Shown piece by piece: positions 38,617 through 48,275 of a stretch of 64,000 nucleotides of DNA (positions within the stretch are counted from its first letter, which is position 1; each line of letters opens with the position of its first letter). The notes under the pieces were generated by a model. That model searched no databases, was not told the origin of the DNA, and saw only the letters and a list, made by a program, of their open reading frames with translations. A program made the position numbers and the translations under genes. The stretch lies in NCBI GenBank assembly GCA_035510735.1, contig DATKGN010000006.1:65429-129428 (forward strand), given 5' to 3'. The DNA comes from Patescibacteria group bacterium (GTDB taxonomy: Bacteria; Patescibacteriota; Microgenomatia; UBA10105; UBA927).

Positions 38617-41552
38617 GTCAGTTTCGTCGCAAGCGTCTCTTTTTGTATATACGCCAGGAGCTCTTTTGTAAAGTCTTTATATTCACTCGGAAGCTCAATA
38701 ATCACGCGTTCATCTATTTTACACCCTTTTTCTTTCCGGAGCATTTGAATTTGACGGACCACGTCGCGTACCATTCCTATTTGTACGTCTTGATTTCCAA
38801 CATCTGACTGTCCACCAACGGAATAATAGTCCGTACTAACCTCATTTTTTCCTTCATAAATTAATTCATAAACATTTGCTTCAGATAATACAATTTTCTT
38901 TACAGCTTCAGTTAGCCCTCGAGGTCCCCGGTAATTGAGTTTTTTAAATGGAATTCTTACTTTCACGTTTGCTTGCTTACGAAATGCAAGTAAAAGTGAA
39001 GCAACCGTTCGACCGTCAGTCATCGCTTTCTCAAGTTCAGCATCGACTTTACCGTCTTCCGGCCAATCCGCAAGATGAACTGATTCCTCTCCTGTCAAAT
39101 TCATATACATTTCATCAGCAATAAATGGTGTAAAGGGAGCCAACAATTTAGTTAATGTAACCAACACTTCAAACATCGTTGCAAAACAAGCGTTCTTATC
39201 GACTGAATTATCGACGGTCGGGCCTACACGGTCACGAGATCTTCGAACGTACCATTGGGATAAATTGGTCACAAAAGTTTCAATTGCATTCGCTGCTGTC
39301 GCGGCATCATAGACTTCAAGAGATTTAGTCGTAAGCTTGATAAGCGCATGTAATTCACTCAATATCCAGATATCAAGGACATTTGATGATTTCGAGGTAA
39401 CGGCGCCTGGACTCCAGGAGTCAACGGTCGCATAGGTCACAAAGAAGTTATACACATTCCACAAAAGCAAATGAAACTTCCGCCTTGTCTCGTCGGCGAG
39501 TTTATACCCGAACAGTATATTTTGCTCCGGATTGTGCTTTACGAACATCCAACGCATTACGTCGGCTCCGATCTTATCCGCTCCTTCATTAAACTCGATC
39601 GCATTCCCCCATGATTTATGCATGGGTCTGCCGTCTTCGCCGAGCATCGAAGCATAACCTAATACCGTCTTAAAACAGGTTTTCTGCTCAAGGACTGTCG
39701 ACATTGCTATCATGGAATAGAACCAATTTTTAAATTGGCCGGGGAATGATTCCGTAATAAAATCTGCGGGGTACCACTGTCTCCAATATGCTTTATCCGA
39801 TGTGTAACTTAATTTGTTTGTCATGGGATCGATGAGCGTTGAAAACCCGACGATACCTGCATCCAACCAAACGTTTCCGACGTCATTAAGACGTGAAACC
39901 GTCTCCCCGCACTTTTCACAGCGGATTTTTACTTCATCAATAAAGGGTTTATGTGGGGAATGTCCGTCAAACTGATTCCAACCTGCAACTGCCTTTTCTT
40001 TTAACTCTTCCTTGCTGCCGATAACGGTAAAGTTCCCACATTTTTTACATTCATAGATCGGAAGCGCCAGCCCCCAATACCGATTCGGCTTACTGATAAG
40101 CCAGTCATGCATATTGGAGAGCCAATCCAATTCACGGTCAAGTCCGAAAGCAGGCTTCCAGGTGATTTGCCTGGCAGTATCCATCATCTGCTCTCGAAGC
40201 GTCTTGCCGCTCGACTTTTCCTTTGTGTCCATCGCGATGTACCATTCATCCGCAACTTTCCAGACAAGCTCGGTTTTACACCGCCAACAGGCCGGATACC
40301 GATGCATATAATTTTCTACTTTGAAAAGACATAAGTTACCCTTGGCATTTCGTTCGGTTAAATAATCGATAATAATCTCCGGATGCTTTTTTGCATTTTT
40401 CCCGGCCAGAAAACCGAGCGATGGTAAATAGTCAGCATTATCGGCAATAACGGGTATCATGGGGAGACCATACTTTTTCCCTAACTGAAAATCCTCCGAC
40501 CCCGCACTCACGGCCGTATGCACGAGTCCCGTCCCTTCAGTTGTCGTCACAGGAAGAAGAAGCGGGTCAGTCGCAACAACTGTATGGAATGTTTTAGGAT
40601 TATCTTTAGCTACTTTTGCAACTACTTCAAGATCGTCAAAAGGCCCGGTATAGAATAATCCAACTAATTCTTTTCCTTTCACGGTTTTTACAATTTGCTT
40701 ATATTCTTTACCGAACACTGCCTCAACCCGTTCCTTCACCATCCAGAATTTGTTGCCGGTCATCCCCTCAACCAGACTGTAATCAAGCGTTTTATCGACA
40801 GCGATTGCGATATTCGCCGGTATTGTCCATGGAGTCGTTGTCCAAACCAATAAGTATTCATTTTTTCTTTCGACGATGGGAAATGCAAGATAGACGGATT
40901 TATGCGAGACTTCCTTATAATCCTCAGTCAGCATTTCATGCTGGGAAATTGCCGTTTCGCATCGCGGACACCACGGCACACTTTCTCTTCCTTTATAAAT
41001 CCATCCTTTTTCAAAACAGGTTTTGAGAAAATGCCAAATCATGTAATTGTTCTCATCACTCATGGTAAAGTACGAATGATCCCAGTCGACGATGTATCCC
41101 AGGCGCTTGCTTTGTTCGGATTGAATGGAACTAAATTTCCGGACGCGCTCTTTACAGAGCTCGACAAATTTAGCGACGGATGCTTTTGGGTCACCCGAAA
41201 CGAGATTTTCTATGTCTTTCTTATTCCGTATTTGTAATTCCTTCTCGACCTCTACTTCAACCCACAACCCCTGGCAGTCAAATCCGTTTTGGAACCGCTC
41301 TTTTCGCCCGCGAAGTGTCCAAAACCGCTGCCATAAATCCTTATATGTCCGTCCCCACGCATGGTGAACGCCCATGGGGTTATTTGCCGTTATGGGGCCG
41401 TCAAGGAATGAAAACCGTTTATCTGAGCCATCGTTTCTATGAAGATACTTGGCAACGATTCCTTTTTCATACCACTCAGACAATAACCGTTTTTCCATTT
41501 CAGGAAAATTGTTATTCGGCGTTACCGGTTTAAATGTATGTTTCTTTGCCAT
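38583..41552 (-). CDS. ileS: Isoleucyl-tRNA synthetase
   Basis: 989 aa with a PMGVHHAWGR (HIGH-type) motif, a KMSKS-type region, and zinc-binding Cys clusters. Confidence 0.9.
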   Translation of the reverse strand: MAKKHTFKPVTPNNNFPEMEKRLLSEWYEKGIVAKYLHRNDGSDKRFSFLDGPITANNPMGVHHAWGRTYKDLWQRFWTLRGRKERFQNGFDCQGLWVEVEVEKELQIRNKKDIENLVSGDPKASVAKFVELCKERVRKFSSIQSEQSKRLGYIVDWDHSYFTMSDENNYMIWHFLKTCFEKGWIYKGRESVPWCPRCETAISQHEMLTEDYKEVSHKSVYLAFPIVERKNEYLLVWTTTPWTIPANIAIAVDKTLDYSLVEGMTGNKFWMVKERVEAVFGKEYKQIVKTVKGKELVGLFYTGPFDDLEVVAKVAKDNPKTFHTVVATDPLLLPVTTTEGTGLVHTAVSAGSEDFQLGKKYGLPMIPVIADNADYLPSLGFLAGKNAKKHPEIIIDYLTERNAKGNLCLFKVENYMHRYPACWRCKTELVWKVADEWYIAMDTKEKSSGKTLREQMMDTARQITWKPAFGLDRELDWLSNMHDWLISKPNRYWGLALPIYECKKCGNFTVIGSKEELKEKAVAGWNQFDGHSPHKPFIDEVKIRCEKCGETVSRLNDVGNVWLDAGIVGFSTLIDPMTNKLSYTSDKAYWRQWYPADFITESFPGQFKNWFYSMIAMSTVLEQKTCFKTVLGYASMLGEDGRPMHKSWGNAIEFNEGADKIGADVMRWMFVKHNPEQNILFGYKLADETRRKFHLLLWNVYNFFVTYATVDSWSPGAVTSKSSNVLDIWILSELHALIKLTTKSLEVYDAATAANAIETFVTNLSQWYVRRSRDRVGPTVDNSVDKNACFATMFEVLVTLTKLLAPFTPFIADEMYMNLTGEESVHLADWPEDGKVDAELEKAMTDGRTVASLLLAFRKQANVKVRIPFKKLNYRGPRGLTEAVKKIVLSEANVYELIYEGKNEVSTDYYSVGGQSDVGNQDVQIGMVRDVVRQIQMLRKEKGCKIDERVIIELPSEYKDFTKELLAYIQKETLATKLTWGNSLQLSTG

Positions 41553-41592
41553 AAAAAAACCATCCTTATTTCATTATACGTTAAGGATGGTT
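41553..41592 (-). terminator. Intrinsic terminator of the ileS T-box leader (AACCAUCCUUA...UAAGGAUGG then U7), immediately before the ileS ATG
   Basis: Stem of about 11 bp and a U-tract, read directly. Confidence 0.6.
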
Positions 41593-41856
41593 GTCAAGCT
41601 TGTGGTAAGCCTGTCGAACCATGGTACCACCTTATTTTAGGGTTTAGAGCTTAGAGTTTAAAGTTTAGTTATCCTAAACTCTAATGCCCTACACTCTAAC
41701 CCCTCTTATTATTGCTATTACGGGCATTCCCGGAACGGTCTACTCGCGCCCCTCGTAGCTTTAGCGAAGTGGGGCTTTCCACTTTCCAAATTACGTAAGT
41801 GCTTTTCTTCGTTCAGCTCGTCCGTTGATGATCGGACTCAATCGCATGTCTCATAA
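41553..41856 (-). promoter_or_regulatory. T-box riboswitch leader with Ile specifier (AUC)
   Basis: Specifier hairpin gtccg-AUCAUCAA-cggac at 41820-41837. T-box core GGUGGUACC at 41623-41631. Antiterminator helices UAAGG/CCUUA and AUGGUU/AACCAU flank a UGGUACC bulge. These are mutually exclusive with the downstream terminator. Confidence 0.65.
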
Positions 41857-41857
41857 A

Positions 41858-41886
41858 AGTATACAGGAATTGGATATAATTGACAA
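41858..41886 (-). promoter_or_regulatory. Candidate promoter TTGTCA-N17-TATACT for the ileS leader
   Basis: Hexamers read from the sequence. Confidence 0.4.
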
Positions 41887-41898
41887 ATTTTCACTCGC

Positions 41899-42240
41899 CT
41901 ACTCTTCAGATGTGGTTGCCGGCAAATTATTACTTCCGAAGAGTGGTGGTAAACCTAATATTCCTGGTAATACCTGGTCATCGTTCGTATACTCTGTTGG
42001 TAGCCGAACAACTGCAGCCGCGTGGGCTGCGATCTCCCGCAAGTAAACATCCTCGTCTTCAGGAGCTAACCCGTGCTTTTCCTGAACATGATGCGCAATC
42101 AGATCAAAGTATTTTTTATGATGCTCTCCCAGCGATGCGATAAACTGAACATCGAGTTTGATTAAATCCAGATCTGTTTCCGTCTTAACTTGTTCGTGAT
42201 GAGTCATGGTAGATTGTTGCCGCAGGAACGTAGGATCCAA
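41899..42240 (-). CDS. Hypothetical protein (113 aa, acidic)
   Basis: ORF between the ftsZ-downstream gene and the ileS promoter. Confidence 0.4.
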   Translation of the reverse strand: MDPTFLRQQSTMTHHEQVKTETDLDLIKLDVQFIASLGEHHKKYFDLIAHHVQEKHGLAPEDEDVYLREIAAHAAAVVRLPTEYTNDDQVLPGILGLPPLFGSNNLPATTSEE

Positions 42241-42278
42241 TTGGCTTGATCAATAAAAGAATCAACCTTCAGTATCTC

Positions 42279-42746
42279 TTATGCACTTTTTACAAACTCA
42301 AGAATTTGGCCTGCCCAAAATACAGCGGCTTCCGTATTTTTCCCGCGATATTGAACAAAACGACTGTCAACTCCTTCAATTGATATTTCTGAAACGTTAG
42401 GACGGTATTCATCATATAATATTCTTAGATCAGCTAATTTTCCGTCATACCCCTCTTTTGTAGAAAAACTCATTTCTAAATAATCTGATGAGCGATTCTG
42501 ATTATTGTTTACCGTGTAATAGATACCGTTTTTTGGAACCCAAACTGACCTTCTCTCTAATGGCATGTGAAATTCTGTCTTCTGAAGGTCTAAATACATC
42601 TCAACGACCTTTTCCTGAAATATTGGATCTGATCGAAAGGCAGCTAAATATCCGTCAATGAGCGGTTTTGCTTCATCACGGATGCGCTCTCCATCAAGCG
42701 GAACAATATTATCCTTATTTGGCGAAAGACGTAATAAATCACTCAC
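42279..42746 (-). CDS. Hypothetical protein downstream of ftsZ; N-terminus trimmed
   Basis: The 246-aa ORF in the track overlaps ftsZ by 242 nt. ftsZ ends with the conserved FtsZ tail DIPAFLR, so this gene probably starts at the GTG at 42744-42746. Confidence 0.4.
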   Translation of the reverse strand: MSDLLRLSPNKDNIVPLDGERIRDEAKPLIDGYLAAFRSDPIFQEKVVEMYLDLQKTEFHMPLERRSVWVPKNGIYYTVNNNQNRSSDYLEMSFSTKEGYDGKLADLRILYDEYRPNVSEISIEGVDSRFVQYRGKNTEAAVFWAGQILEFVKSA

Positions 42747-42777
42747 AGGAATATTATAGGGTATATTAGAGGAATTA

Positions 42778-43950
42778 TCAACTCTTCTGCCGCAGGAATG
42801 CGGGGATGTCGAATTCGTCCTCCTCAGGGGGAAGTTCGTCTTTCGGTGTCGGAGGCGTATACGTAGCAGGCGGTTGATTCGGTATATTTTGTTGCTGCGG
42901 CGTACCATATAACCCCTGCGGCTGCTGCGGCGCGGAAGGTCGTCCGGAAACTGCACCATAGGACGGTCTGCCCGATAATTCACGGAGGCGCCACTTTGTT
43001 TCATCAAAGCCAGTTGCAATAACAGTAATTTTTACCTGATCGACAAGGCTCTCGTCAATCGTTGCCCCGAAAATAATGTTCGCATCCGGGTCAACTGCCG
43101 CAGATATAAGCTTGGCGGCTTCATCGACTTCCGCCATGGTAAGGTCCGCTCCACCCGTTATATTGAAAAGGACACCTTTTGCACCGTCAACAGATATTTC
43201 AAGAAGCGGAGATGCAACCGCACTACGGGCAGCTGTCGTGGCTCTGTTTTCACCAACCCCAGTACCGATTCCCATCAGCGATGACCCGGCATTCGTCATG
43301 ATAGTCTTTACATCGGCAAAATCGACATTGATAAGACCCGGCATGGTGATAAGATCGGCAATCCCCTGCACTCCCTGCCCCAACACGGAATCGGTGACGC
43401 GAAATGCTTCAAGAAGCGTCATTTTCTTATCTATAACCTCAAGAAGCCGTTGATTCGGAATAACGATGAGCGTATCGACTTTATCTTTTAAATTACTAAT
43501 CCCCTCTTCCGCCGCAAGCATGCGCCGTGTTCCTTCAAACTGAAACGGTTTGGTCACGACCGCGACAGTGAGTGCCCCGAGTTCTTTGGCAATCTCGGCA
43601 ACAATCGGGGTTGCACCTGTTCCGGTCCCACCACCCTCACCACAGGTTAAAAACACCATATCTGTGTCACGCAGGAAGTCGTTTATTTTATCTTTGGATT
43701 CCTCTGCTGCCTGTTTGCCGATCTCAGGCTTCCCCCCCGCTCCTAAACCACGGGTTAAATTCTCCCCGATCTGTACTTTGGTTGTTGCCAAACAGGTGAG
43801 GAGTGCCTGCGCATCGGTGTTGATCCCTAAGAATTCAACTCCCGCGATTTGATTGAGGGAGATCATGGAATTGATCGCATTGCATCCGCCACCGCCTATA
43901 CCAATCACTTTAATTTTAGCGAATCGTGCAATATCCGGCTTAATAAGCAT
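42778..43950 (-). CDS. ftsZ: Cell division GTPase FtsZ
   Basis: [11 protein letters not shown], the tubulin signature GGGTGTG, and a C-terminal DIPAFLR peptide. Confidence 0.9.
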   Translation of the reverse strand: MLIKPDIARFAKIKVIGIGGGGCNAINSMISLNQIAGVEFLGINTDAQALLTCLATTKVQIGENLTRGLGAGGKPEIGKQAAEESKDKINDFLRDTDMVFLTCGEGGGTGTGATPIVAEIAKELGALTVAVVTKPFQFEGTRRMLAAEEGISNLKDKVDTLIVIPNQRLLEVIDKKMTLLEAFRVTDSVLGQGVQGIADLITMPGLINVDFADVKTIMTNAGSSLMGIGTGVGENRATTAARSAVASPLLEISVDGAKGVLFNITGGADLTMAEVDEAAKLISAAVDPDANIIFGATIDESLVDQVKITVIATGFDETKWRLRELSGRPSYGAVSGRPSAPQQPQGLYGTPQQQNIPNQPPATYTPPTPKDELPPEEDEFDIPAFLRQKS

Positions 43951-44004
43951 ACGTATACTCCGACAGGGGCAAGTCTGAAGGTCTTCTCATTACAAAACGA
44001 AACA

Positions 44005-45306
44005 TCAGGGCATGAATGACTTTACCAGATCTATAAGCTTTCCTGCAATACCCTTTATTTGTACTTTCTCTCCGATTTTACCAAAGTTGCTTAAAAATGC
44101 ACTACCCTCATACTTTTCTACCTTACTTCCGTAATGGAGAAGTCCAATACTTGTTCCATATGCGGGCCCAACTATCTCATCAATAAGCCCTGTTACGCGT
44201 TTCGGCATACCTATATGGACGGGCATTGCCAAATTTCGTCTCGCACTATCAACTGCTCCGACGGTCATCGCTCCGCCACCGGTTATAACGATACCTGACG
44301 GAGTCATCCCGCCGAATCCGCTCCGTTTGAGTTCAAGAGCAACCATAGTAAATATCTCGTTTAATCGTGGTTTTATAATACCCTCAACAAGCGTTTTCCT
44401 TGATAGTGTGCGCAGTTCTTCAGGAAGACCTAACGAAGAAACATCCAACTCGTCAGATTTATCGGATTTCGATGATTTTGTCCGTTCTTCTTCATCAGAT
44501 AACGTCGGAACTTTCGGCGTCTGGCCCAGTAACAGTTTAACTTTCTCCGCGCTTTCAAGCGATATGCGGAGTCCCGCTGCTAAGTCTTTTGTAATGTTAA
44601 TAGCGCCGATAGGAATTACCGATGAATACGATAACGCCCCTTCAACGAATATTGCAACATCTGTTGTCCCGCCGCCAATATCAATAAGAAGTACACCAAG
44701 CTCTTTTTCCGTATCTGATAGACTTGATTCAGCAGACGCCAGTCCTCCGAATACCATCCCGCTCACTTCTACTCCTAATTCCTCCACACATTTCCGTAAA
44801 TTCCGCATCGCGGTTGCACCGCCTGTTACGAGGTGAGTATCGACTTCAAGCCGTACTCCGGTCATACCGATTGGATCCTGAATGCCGTCCTGACTGTCAA
44901 CAATATACCCTCGTGGAAGCACATGAAGAATTTCCCGTGATGACGGCAAAGATACTGCTTTCGCCGCCTCAATAACCCGCCTGACATCCTGATCGGATAT
45001 TTCCTTTTCAGGTTCAGCAACGGCAACAACACCATGTGAGTTCTGAGATCCTATATGACTTCCACCGACGGAGATGTATGCCTTACCTACGGAAGCGCCA
45101 GCCATCCGTTCCGCAGCCTCAAGTGATTGGGAGATCGCGGCTGTGGCTTCATCTATATTGACGACCTGACCCTTGCGAAGTCCCTTACTTGGCACAGAGG
45201 AAACTCCGATAACCTGTGCGTCGCCCTCTTCAGAAAATGTGGCAATTAATGTAGTAATTTTTGAAGTACCGACATCAATCCCTGAAACGATATGGTCTCG
45301 CGCCAT
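44005..45306 (-). CDS. ftsA: Cell division protein FtsA (actin-like ATPase)
   Basis: 433 aa with N-terminal GIDVGTSK and a second GGGT motif. Confidence 0.9.
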   Translation of the reverse strand: MARDHIVSGIDVGTSKITTLIATFSEEGDAQVIGVSSVPSKGLRKGQVVNIDEATAAISQSLEAAERMAGASVGKAYISVGGSHIGSQNSHGVVAVAEPEKEISDQDVRRVIEAAKAVSLPSSREILHVLPRGYIVDSQDGIQDPIGMTGVRLEVDTHLVTGGATAMRNLRKCVEELGVEVSGMVFGGLASAESSLSDTEKELGVLLIDIGGGTTDVAIFVEGALSYSSVIPIGAINITKDLAAGLRISLESAEKVKLLLGQTPKVPTLSDEEERTKSSKSDKSDELDVSSLGLPEELRTLSRKTLVEGIIKPRLNEIFTMVALELKRSGFGGMTPSGIVITGGGAMTVGAVDSARRNLAMPVHIGMPKRVTGLIDEIVGPAYGTSIGLLHYGSKVEKYEGSAFLSNFGKIGEKVQIKGIAGKLIDLVKSFMP

Positions 45307-45310
45307 AAAT

Positions 45311-46003
45311 TTAGAATTTTATAATCGGTTTGTCGAAACGGAGATCAACAACCGTGGGCAGTGTACCTTTTATTCTAAACCCCGTCATTAATGTTTGTAA
45401 AGTAGCTATTGTCACATCAGCTGATTTATCTTGAGTAATATATATCGCTGTTGTTCCCGCTTTTACTTGATAGTACGTATCATCATACTCCGTTATCGAT
45501 TCAATCGGCAATACCGGATATATGGCATTCATAAATGTCAGTAAAAATGTCACGCGGGAGTCGCCAATACGCTCCCCCATGTGAAACGGAACTGCATCCA
45601 CTGAAAGAAGCGGTATGGTGAGACCCTGATCTCCATCCTGTAATACCATGCCACTGGCATCAACAAGAACAACTCTGTTATTCGATTTTAAACGGATATA
45701 TGGGGTACGTACGGTGGGTATAATTTTAAGCGTATGGGGATATGCTTTTTGAAACTGAACGTCTGAAAGCCACGGATTATCCGAGAGGACCTGTTCACGT
45801 ATTTTTTCGGTCGGGAAAAAAATCAAATTGTTCGGAAGCTTTTTATTGTCGATTAATACATGAATATTGTTTCCGACTACAACGATCGTCTCAAGCGCGA
45901 ATAATCTCCGTACAAGAATTGTAAACGATATACTCAATAAAATGACGACAAAACAGGCAAGAAAAAATTTGCCTACTTTACGCTTAAAAAAACCTGGTTT
46001 CAT
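45311..46003 (-). CDS. ftsQ: FtsQ/DivIB-like division protein (TM + POTRA)
   Basis: N-terminal TM helix, 230 aa, position between murG and ftsA. Confidence 0.65.
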   Translation of the reverse strand: MKPGFFKRKVGKFFLACFVVILLSISFTILVRRLFALETIVVVGNNIHVLIDNKKLPNNLIFFPTEKIREQVLSDNPWLSDVQFQKAYPHTLKIIPTVRTPYIRLKSNNRVVLVDASGMVLQDGDQGLTIPLLSVDAVPFHMGERIGDSRVTFLLTFMNAIYPVLPIESITEYDDTYYQVKAGTTAIYITQDKSADVTIATLQTLMTGFRIKGTLPTVVDLRFDKPIIKF

Positions 46004-46022
46004 AGCTTACTACCATGATAGC

Positions 46023-47126
46023 TTATAGAAGTAATTCCTGTATAAGTCGAACCATTTGTTTAGCTCCGTCTGTCACAATAGTATGAATAGACGTGTGTTT
46101 ATGTATGTCGGATTGACTCATTATTTTTGAAATTACTGCATGAAGATCTGTTGAGGTTAACTTTTTTTGATCCAGAACAACTCCATTTTCATTCTCCGTA
46201 AACCACAGAGCATTGTCGAGTTGCTCAGCGCCCCCTGACCACGGAAGCGGAATTAATATCGCTTTTTTATGAAGTAAGGAGAGTTCGGTAACGGTGTTCG
46301 CACCTGATCGGCTGATAACGAGCGAGGCATTATGCAAAATCCACCCTATGAATGACTCATCTATATAATCTCTGGTGATATATCTTTTCCGATCATCTGC
46401 CGGTAATTCACCCAGAATCGTTTTTGCTTTCATGAATGATGCTTTTCCGGTTTGATGGATTATCGTATATTTTTTGGCTAATGAAGAAATAAGCGGAAAA
46501 ACGAGATCATTCAACGATACTGACCCGGTACTTCCCCCCGTTATATATATAAGCGGAAACTGCGATAATTTCGAGGTTATGGGAACAGCTTTGAAAACGC
46601 AGAGTACGTTTTTACGAATCGGAAGACCGGTGACTATTGTCTTTTCTTTAGGAAATGTGTGCGTTGTATCAGGAAATGACAGACAAATTTTTTGGGCGAA
46701 ATAGGAAATAATTTTATTGGCGATCCCGGGTCTTCTGGTCTGCTCGTGTGTGATGATTGGTATGCCAAAAAAATAACCGGACACAACTATCGGAAGGGCA
46801 ATATATCCGCCGAACGATATAACGGCATCTGGTTTTTCGCGAAAAAAAAGGACAAACGCCTGAATAAACCCATACGGCACTTTCGCCAGTGAAACGATGG
46901 ATTGAAAGGTAAACATTCGCTGCAACCGCCCCGTAGTTAAGGATATAAAACGAATATGCCGGGTTTCTACGGTCAATTGCTCCTGCGATATCTCATATGA
47001 CCCTTCAAACGGATGCATTCTTCCCACAAAAACAATTTCCCATGGCAACTTCATCTCTGTTATCTCATCAATAACTGCGATTGCAGGAGTCAAATGACCG
47101 CCCGTGATAAAAAGTTTTTTAGACAT
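46023..47126 (-). CDS. murG: Undecaprenyldiphospho-muramoylpentapeptide beta-N-acetylglucosaminyltransferase
   Basis: GT28-like (ITGGHLTPAIAV, GGS.G). 367 aa. Confidence 0.8.
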   Translation of the reverse strand: MSKKLFITGGHLTPAIAVIDEITEMKLPWEIVFVGRMHPFEGSYEISQEQLTVETRHIRFISLTTGRLQRMFTFQSIVSLAKVPYGFIQAFVLFFREKPDAVISFGGYIALPIVVSGYFFGIPIITHEQTRRPGIANKIISYFAQKICLSFPDTTHTFPKEKTIVTGLPIRKNVLCVFKAVPITSKLSQFPLIYITGGSTGSVSLNDLVFPLISSLAKKYTIIHQTGKASFMKAKTILGELPADDRKRYITRDYIDESFIGWILHNASLVISRSGANTVTELSLLHKKAILIPLPWSGGAEQLDNALWFTENENGVVLDQKKLTSTDLHAVISKIMSQSDIHKHTSIHTIVTDGAKQMVRLIQELLL

Positions 47127-47129
47127 AAA

Positions 47130-48275
47130 CTATTTGTTATATTTACTGATGTTCAAAACTATACCCATTGCGGCAAATAAAATAATAAAACTGGAACCAC
47201 CGTACGATACAAACGGCAGCGGTACACCCGTTAAAGGAATAACCCGTACCATCGCCCCTAAATTAATAAGCGTCTGGACCGCGATCCATGACGATATCCC
47301 GAGCGTTAACAACCGGGAAAACGGATCCGGAGCATGAACTGCAATCCGAAAACCTCGCCATATAATAAAAAGAAACAATACTATTGTTGCTATTGCACCG
47401 ACGAACCCTGTTTCTTCACCTATGATGGCAAAAATGGAATCGGTATTTGCTTCCGGAAGATATTCATACTTTTGCCGGGATTTCCCTATCCCCACCCCCG
47501 TCCATCCGCCGGAGCCGAGTGCGATTAATACTTGCCGGATTTGATACGAAGAACCTAATGGGTCACTTTGCGGATTTAAGAATGTTGTAAGTCGGGCAAC
47601 CCGATACGGTGCAATAAGCGCCAACACCAAGACGCCCCCCGCAATAACGGGAAATAGTAGGGCGAGATGATGAATGGGTGACCCGGCAAAATAATACATA
47701 CAGATACCAATTAATAAAATAATAATGCTAGTACCCAAATCGGGTTCAATCAAAACAAGACCGACGGTCATGAGTAATAATAAAAGAAATGAAAAGAATC
47801 TATTATGTTCGGGATGAGAAAACCATGCGGATAAATATATAATTATCGCGAGCTTCGAAAGTTCAGCAGGCTGCAGTACAAACAAACCGAGATTAATCCA
47901 CCGGTGTGCTCCCAGCGCATGAACGCCTAATCCCGGCAAAAAAACTGCTAATAACAGAAACATTGTTCCAAAAAGAGCGGGAAGTGCAAATTGATACCAT
48001 ACTTTATAGTGAATTGTTGAACAAATGATAAAAACGATTGCACCGACAAACAACCATTTCAGTTGCTCATTTACATAATAATATTGATTGGAGAAGTCAC
48101 GAATCGCTATTGCAACCGATGAGTCATACACCATGAGAACTCCGAACAAAGACATAATGAGTATTCCCAAAATTAACAGTTTATCAGCGCCATGACCTGC
48201 CTTATGCTTCTGGTGTACGGCCAAATGTTTAAGCGTTGCGGCGACTGATGAAAATATCGATTTCATGCGTTTCAC
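47130..48275 (-). CDS. ftsW: SEDS-family lipid II flippase / glycosyltransferase FtsW
   Basis: 381 aa with about 10 TM helices, between murD and murG. Confidence 0.85.
   Translation of the reverse strand: MKRMKSIFSSVAATLKHLAVHQKHKAGHGADKLLILGILIMSLFGVLMVYDSSVAIAIRDFSNQYYYVNEQLKWLFVGAIVFIICSTIHYKVWYQFALPALFGTMFLLLAVFLPGLGVHALGAHRWINLGLFVLQPAELSKLAIIIYLSAWFSHPEHNRFFSFLLLLLMTVGLVLIEPDLGTSIIILLIGICMYYFAGSPIHHLALLFPVIAGGVLVLALIAPYRVARLTTFLNPQSDPLGSSYQIRQVLIALGSGGWTGVGIGKSRQKYEYLPEANTDSIFAIIGEETGFVGAIATIVLFLFIIWRGFRIAVHAPDPFSRLLTLGISSWIAVQTLINLGAMVRVIPLTGVPLPFVSYGGSSFIILFAAMGIVLNISKYNK

Noticed and set aside
41640-41700. Imperfect long inverted repeat (gggtttagagcttagag.../...ctaaactctaa...ctctaacccc) considered as a MITE or standalone terminator.
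   Set aside because: It sits at the expected position of stem III of the ileS T-box leader and is better explained as part of that riboswitch.
42279-43019. Full-length 246-aa ORF as called in the track.
   Set aside because: Its first ~80 codons overlap the conserved ftsZ C-terminus in another frame. Trimmed to 42279-42746.
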